DNA of 64,000 nt, taken from an uncultured bacterium (GTDB lineage: Bacteria > Chloroflexota > UBA5177 > JANWHV01). The stretch spans positions 359,870 to 423,869 of the forward strand of contig CAWHAE010000008.1 of the NCBI GenBank assembly GCA_963827235.1, in the 5' to 3' direction. Shown here in pieces: positions 30,518 through 40,716 of this stretch. The position numbers were made by a program, and so were the translations under genes. How positions within the stretch are numbered: position 1 is the first letter of the stretch; each line of letters opens with the position of its first letter. A model generated the notes under the pieces. It did no database searches and was not told the origin of the DNA. It worked only from the letters and a program-made list of their open reading frames with translations.

Positions 30518-33500
30518 CTAACCCCTGATCTCGATCGGCTGAACACCGGCAGCCACGCGATTGTCATGAACGCGCGTGGCGTCCGCGCTGGGAATGGAGA
30601 GCGCAGCTCCGCCAAGCTGCTGAAAAGTGCACGAGACAATTGCCGGCCGGCTCAGGTCGTCCGCCCAGATCCCGACAGCGCTCGCCTGCGCGAACAGGCT
30701 GTTCTGGATGCTCGGGCTGGCGCCTCCAGTTATGGAGAGCATGGCGTTGTCTCCATCGCTCCGGCTGCCGTAGTACATCTGCACGTAGTCGAGCCGGGTG
30801 CCGTCCGCGCCCGGGCCGTCGATGGCAATGTATTGCCACTTCCCGGGAGCCGGGCTCGCATTTGCACTCGTGATCACAATCGGGCTCGCGGCTGTACCCA
30901 GCGCGATCAGGGTGCCGTGCACGTGGAATGCCGCACCGTCTGCCATCTGCACGAAAACGCCCGGCTCAACCGTAAGGGTCACACCTGGGGACAGTACTCC
31001 ACCGTCCAGAATAAGCGGCGCCGCCTGCGCGTGCCACACCCCACTGTGAGTGATGGCCGTATCACGCAGCTCAATCCCGCGCTGCCCTGCCGCCAGCGAC
31101 GTGCCGCCGATCACAGTGCCGTCGTCGGCCGGCACCGAGATCGCGGACGACGCGTCGCCGGCAAATATGCAGTCGCTGAGCGTGGGTCTGCTCGTATCAT
31201 CGGCCCAAAGGCCGTTCCGGGCGGCCTGCGTGAATACGCTGTGGCTGATTACCGGCGCAGCGCCTCCAGTGATCGACAGCATGCCGTGGTCGCCGCCGTT
31301 CCAGCTGCCGAAGAACATCTGCACGTAGTCGATCCGGCTGCCGCTGGCGGCCGGTCCGTCGATGGCGAAGTAGCGCCAGTTACCCGGCGCCGGGCTGCCA
31401 GCATTGCTCGTTACAATGATTGGCGCCGCTGCCGTGCCCAGGGCCAGGAGTGTGCCCTGCACGAGAAAAGCAGATCCGTCGGCCATTTCCAGCAGCGTTC
31501 CGGGCTCGACGGTCAGGCTCACCTGGGCGTCCAGCACGCCGCCGTCGAGGATGAACGGAGCGCTCTGACGATGCCATGTGCCTCCATGCGTAATGGCCGT
31601 GGCCCGCAGCTCGATCCCGGCCTGGCCGGGTCCCAGCGTCGTGCCGGCGATCAGGGCGCCGTCGTCGGCCGGCACCGAGATCGCGGACGATGGGTCGCCG
31701 GCATACACGCAATTGCTGAGCGTGGGTCTGCTGGTATTGTCGGCCCACACACCGTGTCGCGTGGCCTGGGCGAACACGCTGTTGCCGATTTCCGGCGTAG
31801 CGCCTCTGGTGACCGACAGCATGCCGATGTCGCCACCGTTCCAGCTGCCGTAGAACATCTGTACGTAGTTGAGCCTGCTGCCGCTCGCGGCCGGTCCGTC
31901 GATGGCGAAATCCTGCCAGTCGCCCGGCGCGGGGTTGGCGGCATTGCTCGTTACGATGATTGGCGCCACGGCCGTGCCCTGGGCCAGCAGCTTGCCCTGG
32001 TCGTTCAACGCGGCACCCTGGGCCATGCGAATAACTGAGCCGGGCTCGATAGTCAGAGCAGCGCCGGGATTGATCGTGGCACCATCGAGCACAAATGGAG
32101 CGTCCTGCCGGTGCCAAACGGTGTCGTGCGTGATCGCCGAGTCACGAACCTCGATTCCGCGCTGGCCCAAGCCGAGTCGGGTTCCGGTAGTGAGACCCGC
32201 GCCCTCGGCGGGCACCGATATCGCAGCTCCGCCATCGCTCGCGAAAACGCAGTCGCTTATAATGGGACGGCTGTTGTCGTCCGACCACACACCGATTTGA
32301 GTCGCCTGGGCAAAGACACTGTTGCGGATGATCGGAGCAGCGCCGCCGGTAACCGAGAGCATGCCGTCGTCTCCGCCGGTCCAGCTGCCGTAGAACATCT
32401 GCACGAAATCAAGACGGCTACCGCTCGCGCTCGGTTGGTCGAGGGCAATGTACTGCCAGTCGCCTGGCTTCGGCCGGTCCGCAGCACTGGTGAAGATGAT
32501 CGGTGCCGCGGCCGTACCCTGCGCCAGTAGGGTGCCCTGAACGTTCAGCCCGGCACCGCCGGCCATCTGCACCACGGTTCCAGGTCGAATAGTGAGGCTG
32601 GAGCCCGCCGGCACATCGATGCTGCCTGGGACCGAGACGACTCCGGTCCAGGTAGACTGTGCAGGATTTGTCGCGGTCATGGTACTCGGCAGGCGGGTTG
32701 GCGGCAGCGTCACGCGTGCGGGTGGCGGGTTCGGCAAGTTGAGTACCGGTGGAACGGTAGCAGCCGTCGTGTTGGGAACGTTCTTGATCCAGGCGAGGAT
32801 AGCGCTCAAATCAGCCTGTTGTGGTGGGCCTGGCGGCCCATTGCGCGGCACAACGGTCTGGCGCCCTGCGCCAACCAGCACAGTCGATTTCCGGTTGGTT
32901 ACCTGAACTCGTCCCTCGATCACGGTGACCACGATGGCTTTGGTCTTGCGGTCAACGCGGACGTCAAGCCTGGTGCCCTTGGTGGAAGCCACCGCTGTGC
33001 CCACCTGAACGTTGTGGCTAGCCGCACCATGGACAACCTCCAGAAACAGCTCGCCACCTGTGAGTGTCAGATGCAGCGGGTCCCTGATCGCGACGTCGGT
33101 ATTGGCGCTCAGGTCGACCAGAGTTCCATCGCGCAGTGCAAGAGAGGCGTATTGACCCGCTCCGGTCAAGGCATGGTACTGATCCAGCAAGTCGGTGCCG
33201 ACCCGTCCGTGCACCGGCTTAGCTTTGGGCACCACCACGCTGACCCCTGCCTTGACGGCGGCGACCGTCGCAGGCGGTCCAGGTACTATTGGTATGCGGG
33301 CGGTGAGCGGGGCATAGCCAGTGCGACTCACCTGCACCAGCGCTTTGCCGACTGTTCCAGCGTGCACGACCAGCGTAACAATGCCGCCGCGCGTGCTGCC
33401 GACCGCCGGCCTGTTGACGCCGGTAATTGTCACGAGCGCGCCGGACACGGCCTTTCCCGCTGTGTTGGATACGCGGATCACCAGCTGAACGTCGCGTCCG

Positions 33501-33670
33501 ACCTTGATTTGCGGTGGCTGGACGCTCAACCGCAGAGACGGGGGCGACGGCTTCGAACGTGCGGCGCCGGGGAGGTATGCTCGCGCCGCGGCACCCGCGC
33601 CGTGGATGGGAGAAGAGATGGGCGCAGCTATCAGACAAAGCGCCGCGCAGAGATGGAACCAGCGAATCAT
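30518..33670 (-). CDS. secreted protein: Ig-like domain + FecR domain + four parallel beta-helix repeat units
   Basis: signal peptide MIRWFHLCAALCLIAA; LRDGTLVDLSANT...GELFLEV...STKGTRL..VTVIEGRV (FecR); repeated GTAAAPIIFTS...PGDW. Confidence 0.85.
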   Translation of the reverse strand: MIRWFHLCAALCLIAAPISSPIHGAGAAARAYLPGAARSKPSPPSLRLSVQPPQIKVGRDVQLVIRVSNTAGKAVSGALVTITGVNRPAVGSTRGGIVTLVVHAGTVGKALVQVSRTGYAPLTARIPIVPGPPATVAAVKAGVSVVVPKAKPVHGRVGTDLLDQYHALTGAGQYASLALRDGTLVDLSANTDVAIRDPLHLTLTGGELFLEVVHGAASHNVQVGTAVASTKGTRLDVRVDRKTKAIVVTVIEGRVQVTNRKSTVLVGAGRQTVVPRNGPPGPPQQADLSAILAWIKNVPNTTAATVPPVLNLPNPPPARVTLPPTRLPSTMTATNPAQSTWTGVVSVPGSIDVPAGSSLTIRPGTVVQMAGGAGLNVQGTLLAQGTAAAPIIFTSAADRPKPGDWQYIALDQPSASGSRLDFVQMFYGSWTGGDDGMLSVTGGAAPIIRNSVFAQATQIGVWSDDNSRPIISDCVFASDGGAAISVPAEGAGLTTGTRLGLGQRGIEVRDSAITHDTVWHRQDAPFVLDGATINPGAALTIEPGSVIRMAQGAALNDQGKLLAQGTAVAPIIVTSNAANPAPGDWQDFAIDGPAASGSRLNYVQMFYGSWNGGDIGMLSVTRGATPEIGNSVFAQATRHGVWADNTSRPTLSNCVYAGDPSSAISVPADDGALIAGTTLGPGQAGIELRATAITHGGTWHRQSAPFILDGGVLDAQVSLTVEPGTLLEMADGSAFLVQGTLLALGTAAAPIIVTSNAGSPAPGNWRYFAIDGPAASGSRIDYVQMFFGSWNGGDHGMLSITGGAAPVISHSVFTQAARNGLWADDTSRPTLSDCIFAGDASSAISVPADDGTVIGGTSLAAGQRGIELRDTAITHSGVWHAQAAPLILDGGVLSPGVTLTVEPGVFVQMADGAAFHVHGTLIALGTAASPIVITSANASPAPGKWQYIAIDGPGADGTRLDYVQMYYGSRSDGDNAMLSITGGASPSIQNSLFAQASAVGIWADDLSRPAIVSCTFQQLGGAALSIPSADATRVHDNRVAAGVQPIEIRG
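30560..32620 (-). repeat. intragenic tandem repeat with 540-bp (180-aa) period, about four copies
   Basis: equivalent GCACGTAGTC-like positions at 30781, 31321, 31861 and 32401. Confidence 0.85.
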
Positions 33671-33992
33671 GACGGCCTCCAGACTGGCAGCGAACTTGCG
33701 CCGGTTGCGCATGAGGACGTGAGAGGCCCCGCACGCCGTGCCAAGGCAATACCTCACCCTACATGGGGAGCCCATTGCTGTCAAGATAGGTACGTTCCGG
33801 CAACCTTCGCCAGTCTGCCAGTCAGTCGCCGGTGGCGAACTTCCTCTCCGGCCCGTGCCCCGTGGTTGCTCACCGCAAGCGTCGCTGGTTGCTCACGCGG
33901 TGGTCAGGGTGCTACCTCGCGATCTCGACGATACCAGTCAGACAGCAACTATCGTCGGGGCGATACAATCGGATTCTAGGGGAGAAAAGCCG

Positions 33993-35027
33993 ATGACTCA
34001 CGCCGAGAAGTCCACACGAACAGAGCATTTCTTGCACCTACGCGGGCTGTGGCTCGCCATTCTTACGCTGCTACTCATACTTGGGACCCTTCCGGGGCCC
34101 ACGCTGCTGCGCACCGTGGCCGCGGGCGTTGAACGGCCGGTTCTTGCCTTCTACTACCCTTGGTACAAGCAGTCGAGCTGGTGCACTTGTACGATGTCCG
34201 ACTTGCCTGCCGCCAAGTACAGCTCCAATGATACGAAGGTCATTGACCGCCAGATAGCCGAGGCTTCGCGCGCCGGTATCACGGGTTTCATCGTCTCCTG
34301 GTGGGGGAAGGGCAGCTATGAGGACGGCAACTTCGCCACGATGCTGGACCGCGTCGCCGCGTGGAACGCGAAGACGAGCGCCCACTTTGTGCTTGCCATT
34401 CACCTGGAAGATGATGGCACAATGCTGCAGACCGAGGCGCACATCGAGCAGCAGCTCCGCTACGCGATGGCTTCATACACCGCCCGATCGACCTACTTCC
34501 ACTGGCAGGGGAAGCCGGTATTCTTCATCTGGGACGCTTTTGGCGGCGGGCGCACGCAGGCCACCTGGGCAGCAATACGCAAGCAGGTCGATCCCCAGCG
34601 CAAGACGTTCTGGTCGCTGGATACTATCGAGGTGTCAACGCTGGACGACACCTTCGACAGCATGCACCTCTTCGGCGCCGGCTACTGGGGGATCACCCAG
34701 CACGACATGATGGCGCTGTACCGCAACTTCCGCGCCAAGGTCGACGCTTACAACCAGGCGCACGGCACACAGAAGCTCTGGATCGCGGGCGTGATACCGG
34801 GCTATAACGATAGCCAGAAACCTCAGCCGCTGGTGGTGCCGCGGGACAACGGCGCCACGTACGCCCTGAGCTGGCAGGCTGCGATCGCCAGCAAGCCCGC
34901 GTGGATCACAATCAGCACCTTCAATCAGTGGTATCTAGGCAGCACCATCGAACCCAGCGTTCACTATGGCACGCAGTATCTTGACCTGACGAAACGCTTC
35001 GCCGCAGAATGGCGGGCTCAGGGTTAG
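33993..35027 (+). CDS. secreted GH99/GH71-like glycoside hydrolase
   Basis: VLAFYYPWY, YSSND, AGITGFIVSWWG, GKPVFFIW, VIPGYND, WITISTFNQW...IEP. Confidence 0.8.
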   Translation: MTHAEKSTRTEHFLHLRGLWLAILTLLLILGTLPGPTLLRTVAAGVERPVLAFYYPWYKQSSWCTCTMSDLPAAKYSSNDTKVIDRQIAEASRAGITGFIVSWWGKGSYEDGNFATMLDRVAAWNAKTSAHFVLAIHLEDDGTMLQTEAHIEQQLRYAMASYTARSTYFHWQGKPVFFIWDAFGGGRTQATWAAIRKQVDPQRKTFWSLDTIEVSTLDDTFDSMHLFGAGYWGITQHDMMALYRNFRAKVDAYNQAHGTQKLWIAGVIPGYNDSQKPQPLVVPRDNGATYALSWQAAIASKPAWITISTFNQWYLGSTIEPSVHYGTQYLDLTKRFAAEWRAQG

Positions 35028-35430
35028 GCAGGTACGTCCCGCCCGATTTCACTGGTGGCAGCGGGTACCATGCGCATTGTGAGGGTCAGGGTCACGACGG
35101 CGACGGGCCGCAGCAGTAGTCTATGACAAACAGCGTGCCGGCCTGTACGCAAACTGCCTCAGCGCCGATTGACCGGAAGTACGTGGCCGTCGAGCTATCT
35201 CCAGAAACATGCGTGCCCGCACGAGAACCGACGGGCGGCGCGGAGCACTCTCACCTGTATCAGCCAGCAGTCGGGTGGTTGCAGCCGGCTGGCACCCCAC
35301 CGTCACCGGCAGAGTGGGCCCGCGGTGTGACGCAGATTCAACAGATGGGGCCAGCTCGAGGTGCAAGGCACCGCGCAAGATACAAGTTGGGCGGCGCAGG
35401 CACGGGCTACCGCCTTGCAGTGTCTGGGAG

Positions 35431-35472
35431 TGAGCCGCCCGGGACTCGAACCCGGAACCCATTGATTAAGAG
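35431..35472 (-). tRNA. 3' half of tRNA-Lys(CTT) only; att-site duplication of an integrated element
   Basis: minus strand CTCTTAATCAATGGGTTCCGGGTTCGAGTCCCGGGCGGCTCA = anticodon loop, T arm and acceptor 3' strand; no D arm or 5' acceptor strand upstream. Confidence 0.85.
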
Positions 35473-36031
35473 AGGGCAGACGGGTGTGTTTGCCTATCTT
35501 CGCACGCGTTGTCACTTGGGGCTATACCAGAGGGAGCTATCCTGTGGGAACCAGGCTCATAGGGCCATGTGTTGTCTTGACTGCGTTACTATGGGCACGT
35601 CCGTAGTAACGCTGTAGTAGGGCGACACACCATGATCCGGGCCGTGCCTGCGGCCAATCGGCACCCGTTTCTGTTAGCGTTTCTTAACTGATATTGGCAC
35701 ATCGGTGTCTGGACGGAGTTATGGTGCCGTGGTACCATACCCATGCTGAGAGGAAACTCTCAACGCAGGCGATACCAGCGTAGCTATCTGGTGTGCCTGG
35801 GATAGTGCCCCGCCGGGTGAAGCGAGTACCCTTCCAGCGCGTAGGCCATTCGCGTTGGGCAAGTTGGGAAAGCGTGACCGAGCCAGCGGCATCGCGGTGT
35901 ATACCGCCGGCAGCCCGCATGATGGGTTAACTCGCCCACGGCGGGAACGACTGCGAGAATCAAAAACGAAAACGATTCTAGCGTGTCCGCGCGTGCTTTT
36001 GCACGTGCGTCAACTGTCTGCGGGGGAGTCT

Positions 36032-36241
36032 ATGAACACTCAGCCTAACGCCATGCCCAGCCACGTCCGCTTGCTGACCGTGCCGGAAGCCGCTGCTCTG
36101 CTCAATATTGGCCGTTCGTTGGCCTGGAAGCTGGTGCACTCCGGACAGCTGCCAAGCATCCGCTTGGGTGCTAAGGCCGTGCGGGTACAGCTGCAGGGAA
36201 TCGAGGCGCTGATCGCGCTTCCCGCGGAAGCCTGCGCCTGA
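36032..36241 (+). CDS. excisionase-family HTH DNA-binding protein
   Basis: LLTVPEAAALLNIGRSLAWKLVHSGQLPSIRLG. Confidence 0.85.
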   Translation: MNTQPNAMPSHVRLLTVPEAAALLNIGRSLAWKLVHSGQLPSIRLGAKAVRVQLQGIEALIALPAEACA

Positions 36242-37836
36242 TGGCCGAAGCCTGCATCCATCCTGGCTGTGCACAGCCTGCACGGGCAGCTCTGCCGAGC
36301 GGTCGATACTGCGATCTTCACAGGCGGCTCTACACGGGCCGGTATTCAAGCCCGGACGTCCTAGCGTACTACCGCGACGTATGGCGGCTCTGCCATGGGA
36401 ACGGCGCCACGATCAACGCCATACTCACAACGTGGCGCCAGGGCGCGGAAGGCTGGCACACACTCCATCAGGTCGACCGCATCGTTCCCGGTGACGCTGC
36501 CCCTACGCCCGGCGGGTTGCCCACGCAGGCGGAACCTACGCAAATCGCCCGGTGGGCGCGCCTGAGCCCCGCACACTGCGGCACGTTCCTGCACTGGCCT
36601 ATGCCCGATCCTGACGATCCCGATCCGGTGCCGCTACCTTGGCCAGTACCAGCACACTTCGTGCTGCTGTACCAGCGGTACGGCGCACTGCACTCGATCG
36701 CCAGTGCCGGCGTGCCCACAATCGACGGCGTGGTTGACGCGCGGGTGTTCTCGCACAGTCCGCGCGTGTGGCTGCCTGGCGATTGGAAGGGACCGAAGGC
36801 ACCATCGTATGCACGCTACCAGATCCTTTCGGCGCCAGACGTCGCCTTCCTACCAACTGCCGAGCCTGTGCGGTTCATTACTCGAGCCGTGTATGGCAAA
36901 GACGTGAATCGGCCCGGCAACGGCCGTCCGCCGTACTACGCTGAGGGGCAGGAGTTAATGCTCTACCACCCGACAGACGGGTATGCGCCACTCACTGCCG
37001 AGCAGGAAGAGGCCGCATACTACGCCCTTACGGGCCTAGACGACAAGGATTTGCGCCTGTTCTTCGCATGCATGGATCTCCATCACAAACGAAGCAGCGG
37101 TGAATATGACCGAAAGGTGTTTGTCAGCGCAAATGACCTGCTCAGCTACCTAGGCTTTGCTCGCCATGGGGGCACTTTTCACCGTGAAGACAAGGAAGCG
37201 GTTGCCCAAGTGCTCCGAAACCTGAACCAAGTGTACGTACGTGTCGAGTTCTTGGACCGAACGGCCAAGCAGCCCAAGCAGCGGGTGGCGCGCGGCAGAA
37301 TGCTGGAACTTGGGGAGCTAGCAGGGGGCGCTGGCACAGACCAAGATCTACTTGGGTTTTGGGTGGGCGCAGGGGCATGGATCATACCATTCTTGGACGG
37401 GACGGCCGGCAGCCCGCAGTTCGCGGCCCTTCCCGGACGGGCACTGCAGTACAACACGCACTACGCGATGCAGAGGGCGGCCTTCCGAGCCAGTGTCTAC
37501 GTGACACAACAGCTGCGCATCCGGGCGAAGACCGGTAACTTCAGCCAACCCTTCCGCATCAGGACAATCCTCCGGAACATAAGCCCCGCACTCCCGGCTG
37601 ATCAGCAAGAAAGGCGCCGGCTCATGGGGTACGTTGCGGATGCATTCGAGCGGATGCTTACAGATGGCGTCATAGCAGGGTGGGGCTACATGAGCACTAG
37701 CGCACCAGCGACGTTTGAGGGTTGGCTTGATGAGACAGTGCGCTTCGATCCCCCCGCAACCGCTCAGGAGCAGTACGCCCAGATTGAGGCGCGGCACACG
37801 CAATCATCAACGCCAACGACGCGCAAACGCGGCTAG
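36241..37836 (+). CDS. putative replication initiator (Rep-like) protein
   Basis: coupled to xis (TGATG overlap) and immediately followed by iterons; wHTH-like VSANDLLSYLGF and FERMLTDGVIAGW segments; function inferred from context. Confidence 0.55.
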   Translation: MAEACIHPGCAQPARAALPSGRYCDLHRRLYTGRYSSPDVLAYYRDVWRLCHGNGATINAILTTWRQGAEGWHTLHQVDRIVPGDAAPTPGGLPTQAEPTQIARWARLSPAHCGTFLHWPMPDPDDPDPVPLPWPVPAHFVLLYQRYGALHSIASAGVPTIDGVVDARVFSHSPRVWLPGDWKGPKAPSYARYQILSAPDVAFLPTAEPVRFITRAVYGKDVNRPGNGRPPYYAEGQELMLYHPTDGYAPLTAEQEEAAYYALTGLDDKDLRLFFACMDLHHKRSSGEYDRKVFVSANDLLSYLGFARHGGTFHREDKEAVAQVLRNLNQVYVRVEFLDRTAKQPKQRVARGRMLELGELAGGAGTDQDLLGFWVGAGAWIIPFLDGTAGSPQFAALPGRALQYNTHYAMQRAAFRASVYVTQQLRIRAKTGNFSQPFRIRTILRNISPALPADQQERRRLMGYVADAFERMLTDGVIAGWGYMSTSAPATFEGWLDETVRFDPPATAQEQYAQIEARHTQSSTPTTRKRG

Positions 37837-37875
37837 GCGGAAGGCGGCCGGGCAGGGGGGAGGCTAACGCTGAAG

Positions 37876-37980
37876 CCACCGCCAGCTGATGGAGAACCCA
37901 CCGCCAGCTGATGGAGAACCCACCGCCAGCTGAAGGGCGTTCAGGAGAGAAAACGGCTCCTATTACTCTATTACTCTACT
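37876..37980 (+). repeat. iteron-like origin: 22-bp direct repeats plus AT-richer short repeats
   Basis: CCACCGCCAGCTGATGGAGAAC at 37876 and 37898, partial third copy at 37920; CTATTACT-CTATTACT-CTACT at 37960-37980. Confidence 0.8.
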
Positions 37981-38087
37981 CGCATGAATGCGGCGCTGGC
38001 GCGCCACACATGCGTGGATTCACACTGCACGGCTAACACTGCGTGGCTGCCGGGGCGTGCCCGCGGCCTACTTGAAAGGGATTGTTT

Positions 38088-38990
38088 GTGACTTCAGGGA
38101 CTTCGATACAACCGCGCTTGGAGCCCATCAGCGCGCTTGTGAACGACTTCATGGCAGGCTCCGAACGGCGCTGGGACGCGCAGCAGAACGGTACTCAGCT
38201 GGGGCCGATGACCGGCTTTCGGGCGCTTGATACCGCTTTGGGCGGTTGCTTGGCACCCGGCCTCCACATCCTGCACGGCAGCCCTGGCACTGGCAAGACG
38301 GCGCTTCTGTGGCAGATGGCCGCTCATTGCGGTGTGCCCGCCGTCTTCGTCACGTGCGAACTCAGCCCGCTCGAACTGCTTGCACGGGCCATTGCCCGCG
38401 AGACGCGTACGTTCCTGGGCGATATCAAGAGCGGGCTCGTGCTTCCCACGATCCTACATCGCCACGCGTACAAAACCATAGAGGAACTGTCACATGTGTA
38501 CCTCGTCGATGCCACGACAGAATGGCCCAATAGGCAATTCCTGATTGACGCCGCGGAGATTGCCCGCGGGGGCGGCCCGCACGTGCTGATGCTGCTTGAC
38601 AGCGTGCATACGTGGGCACAGGGTCTTGTCGGCAACGTCAGCGAATACGAAGCGCTAAGTGCCGCGGTTGATTCCCTACGGCGTGTTGCCGCGCAAGTGA
38701 ACATGCCGCTACTCGGGATAGCCGAACGGAACCGTAGCAGTATGGATCGCGGCGGATTGAGCGCTTCGGCCGGCAGTCGGAAGTTCGAATATGCAGCCGA
38801 AGCTGTGATCGAACTCTCGCGCCCGGACGAAGCCGAAGCGCGTTCCAAGCGCCCGGTGATGGAAGGAACCGACGATTCATACACGGATGTGCAGGTGAAG
38901 CTGAGCAAGAACCGCCATGGAAGCGTGGGGCGCGTGATCAATCTCACATTCGAAGGCCGCGTGCAGTGCTTCACGGAGGTACCGTACTAG
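38088..38990 (+). CDS. DnaB-like replicative helicase (C-terminal RecA-fold domain only)
   Basis: TGFRALDTALGG, GSPGTGKT, LLDSV, ERNR, GSRKFEYAAE, KNRHG. Confidence 0.88.
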   Translation: MTSGTSIQPRLEPISALVNDFMAGSERRWDAQQNGTQLGPMTGFRALDTALGGCLAPGLHILHGSPGTGKTALLWQMAAHCGVPAVFVTCELSPLELLARAIARETRTFLGDIKSGLVLPTILHRHAYKTIEELSHVYLVDATTEWPNRQFLIDAAEIARGGGPHVLMLLDSVHTWAQGLVGNVSEYEALSAAVDSLRRVAAQVNMPLLGIAERNRSSMDRGGLSASAGSRKFEYAAEAVIELSRPDEAEARSKRPVMEGTDDSYTDVQVKLSKNRHGSVGRVINLTFEGRVQCFTEVPY

Positions 38991-40090
38991 TGCCTACGTT
39001 CACGCTTCCACCATCCAAAGCAACCGATGATCGCCCATGGCTCACACAGGACTTGCTAGAACAGCACGATCCGGGAGCTCCGCACGCTAGGGGCCATCGG
39101 CGCTACTTGTGCCCGCTGCCCGCCTGCAGGGACCACCAAGAGCCGCGCAAGGACCGCAGTGTTAGTGTTGATCAGAGCAGCGGGGCATGGAAGTGCCACC
39201 GTTGCTCGGCACACGGTCAGTTGGAAGACTTTCGAGGGGACAGCCGCTTTCAGACCGGCAAGCAACGGGCACGCAGTGAGCTAGCCGCGAAACTGGCGAT
39301 CCGGCCGGCAGTCGTGGCCGAGCTACGACCCACGCCAAGCGGGCAACCAATCGCAGACGCCTACGCGGCGCTGTCACCCTTGCATGGCACGCCCGGGGCC
39401 ACCTATCTGGAGGGCCGCGGTATCAGGGTCGACTTAGCCGAGGCCGCGGGTGTTCGCTTCACAGCGGCGGGTCAACACGGGTGTTTCGGCGGCCACGCCG
39501 GCGTGGTGTTCCCGGTCGTTGATGTATCCGGCGGTGTGGTTGCACTGTCGTGTCGGTACCTTGGCGATCTTACACCCAACAAGAGGAGCGTAGGTACTGT
39601 CTCAGCCGGCGTATTCGCTACTTGCGGGGCGCTGAAGGCCGATCCCGTGGCCATCTGCGAGGCACCGATCGACGCCTTGAGTCTCGCAGGCGCCGGGCTG
39701 CCGGCACTCGCCTTGGTTGGTACAGGCGTATCGGGCCGATCCGCTTGGTTGCGAAAGGCGCTAGCGTTGCGAACGGTGTACGCGGCGACAGACGCGGACA
39801 CAGCCGGTGACAAGGCAGCCGACGAACTGGCTGCAAGCCTGAATCTTGGCACGCAGGTAGAACGGTTGCGCCCGCCGGCTCCGTACAAGGATTGGAACGA
39901 AGCGTTTGGCAATCAGCGTATTCCCATGAGTGCGGCGGAGAAGGCATATCAGGATCTGTATCCGGTATGGGCGGCCAAGCACGACGAATTGCGTGCGGCC
40001 CGTATGGCCGGCAGCCCGGACGAACCGCGGCTACAGCAGGAATTGGACGCCCTGCTTGCCGAGAATCACCGACTCCGCGCGGCAATGTAG
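38990..40090 (+). CDS. primase: zinc-binding domain + Toprim
   Basis: CPLPAC...WKCHRC, YLEGRGI, ICEAPIDALS, ATDADTAG, KDWNE. Confidence 0.88.
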   Translation: MPTFTLPPSKATDDRPWLTQDLLEQHDPGAPHARGHRRYLCPLPACRDHQEPRKDRSVSVDQSSGAWKCHRCSAHGQLEDFRGDSRFQTGKQRARSELAAKLAIRPAVVAELRPTPSGQPIADAYAALSPLHGTPGATYLEGRGIRVDLAEAAGVRFTAAGQHGCFGGHAGVVFPVVDVSGGVVALSCRYLGDLTPNKRSVGTVSAGVFATCGALKADPVAICEAPIDALSLAGAGLPALALVGTGVSGRSAWLRKALALRTVYAATDADTAGDKAADELAASLNLGTQVERLRPPAPYKDWNEAFGNQRIPMSAAEKAYQDLYPVWAAKHDELRAARMAGSPDEPRLQQELDALLAENHRLRAAM

Positions 40091-40716
40091 TGAGAAGGAG
40101 GGAGGCGTGAAATCGGCCAGTGGAGGCGTGTGATACTAAGCTGTGATGAATGCTTACCATACGCTGCAAGACTTCACGCTAGCGCGAACGTCGAGACGAA
40201 TTGCGGCCATTTAGCGATTGAGAAGCGCCCGGCGCGTGCGTAGCTAGCGGTCAACGATAGTGGTGGGTGCGCAAGGGAGCGTGCCCCCCACTCGGGGGCA
40301 AATGGGGGGGACACGTAGGCAGAAGCGACCCGCGCACAGGGGACACAACCTGAATCCTTGAAAAGCGTCTTCACGTTTCGCTGAGCACCGGCCGTGGCGC
40401 AAAGCCGCAAGGCTCGCCACGCACCATAACCCATGTACGCCTGCAGGGCAGCCGACAAGCAGTCACAGAAATGCCGCGCACGTTTGGTACCCACAGCGGC
40501 GCACCAAGGGCGTAGACTGTTGGCGTGCGGGATTTCCGTAGGAGGAAGCGTGTTCTCGGAGGTCGACAAATGCAAAGGCTTCCCGTGGCGCTGTTGTTGA
40601 TCACTCGCATGGTGTGTGTTGGGCTGACTTCACTCTTCAGGGCCGTACGCTAGCCCAAGCGCCTAGTGCTGCAAACCGCCGCAATAAGTAGGACTCAGCC
40701 AGAAGGAGAGATAGAC

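Noticed and set aside
30458-32038. 526-aa plus-strand ORF and other long antisense ORFs (e.g. 6721..7854, 32819..33979, 45604..46488)
   Set aside because: These are shadow frames of well-supported opposite-strand genes and carry no recognisable motifs
35431-35510. Functional tRNA-Lys gene
   Set aside because: The D arm and 5' acceptor strand are absent; only the 3' half is present
37876-37933. CRISPR array
   Set aside because: The repeats are contiguous 22-mers with no spacers and no cas genes are present; iterons fit better
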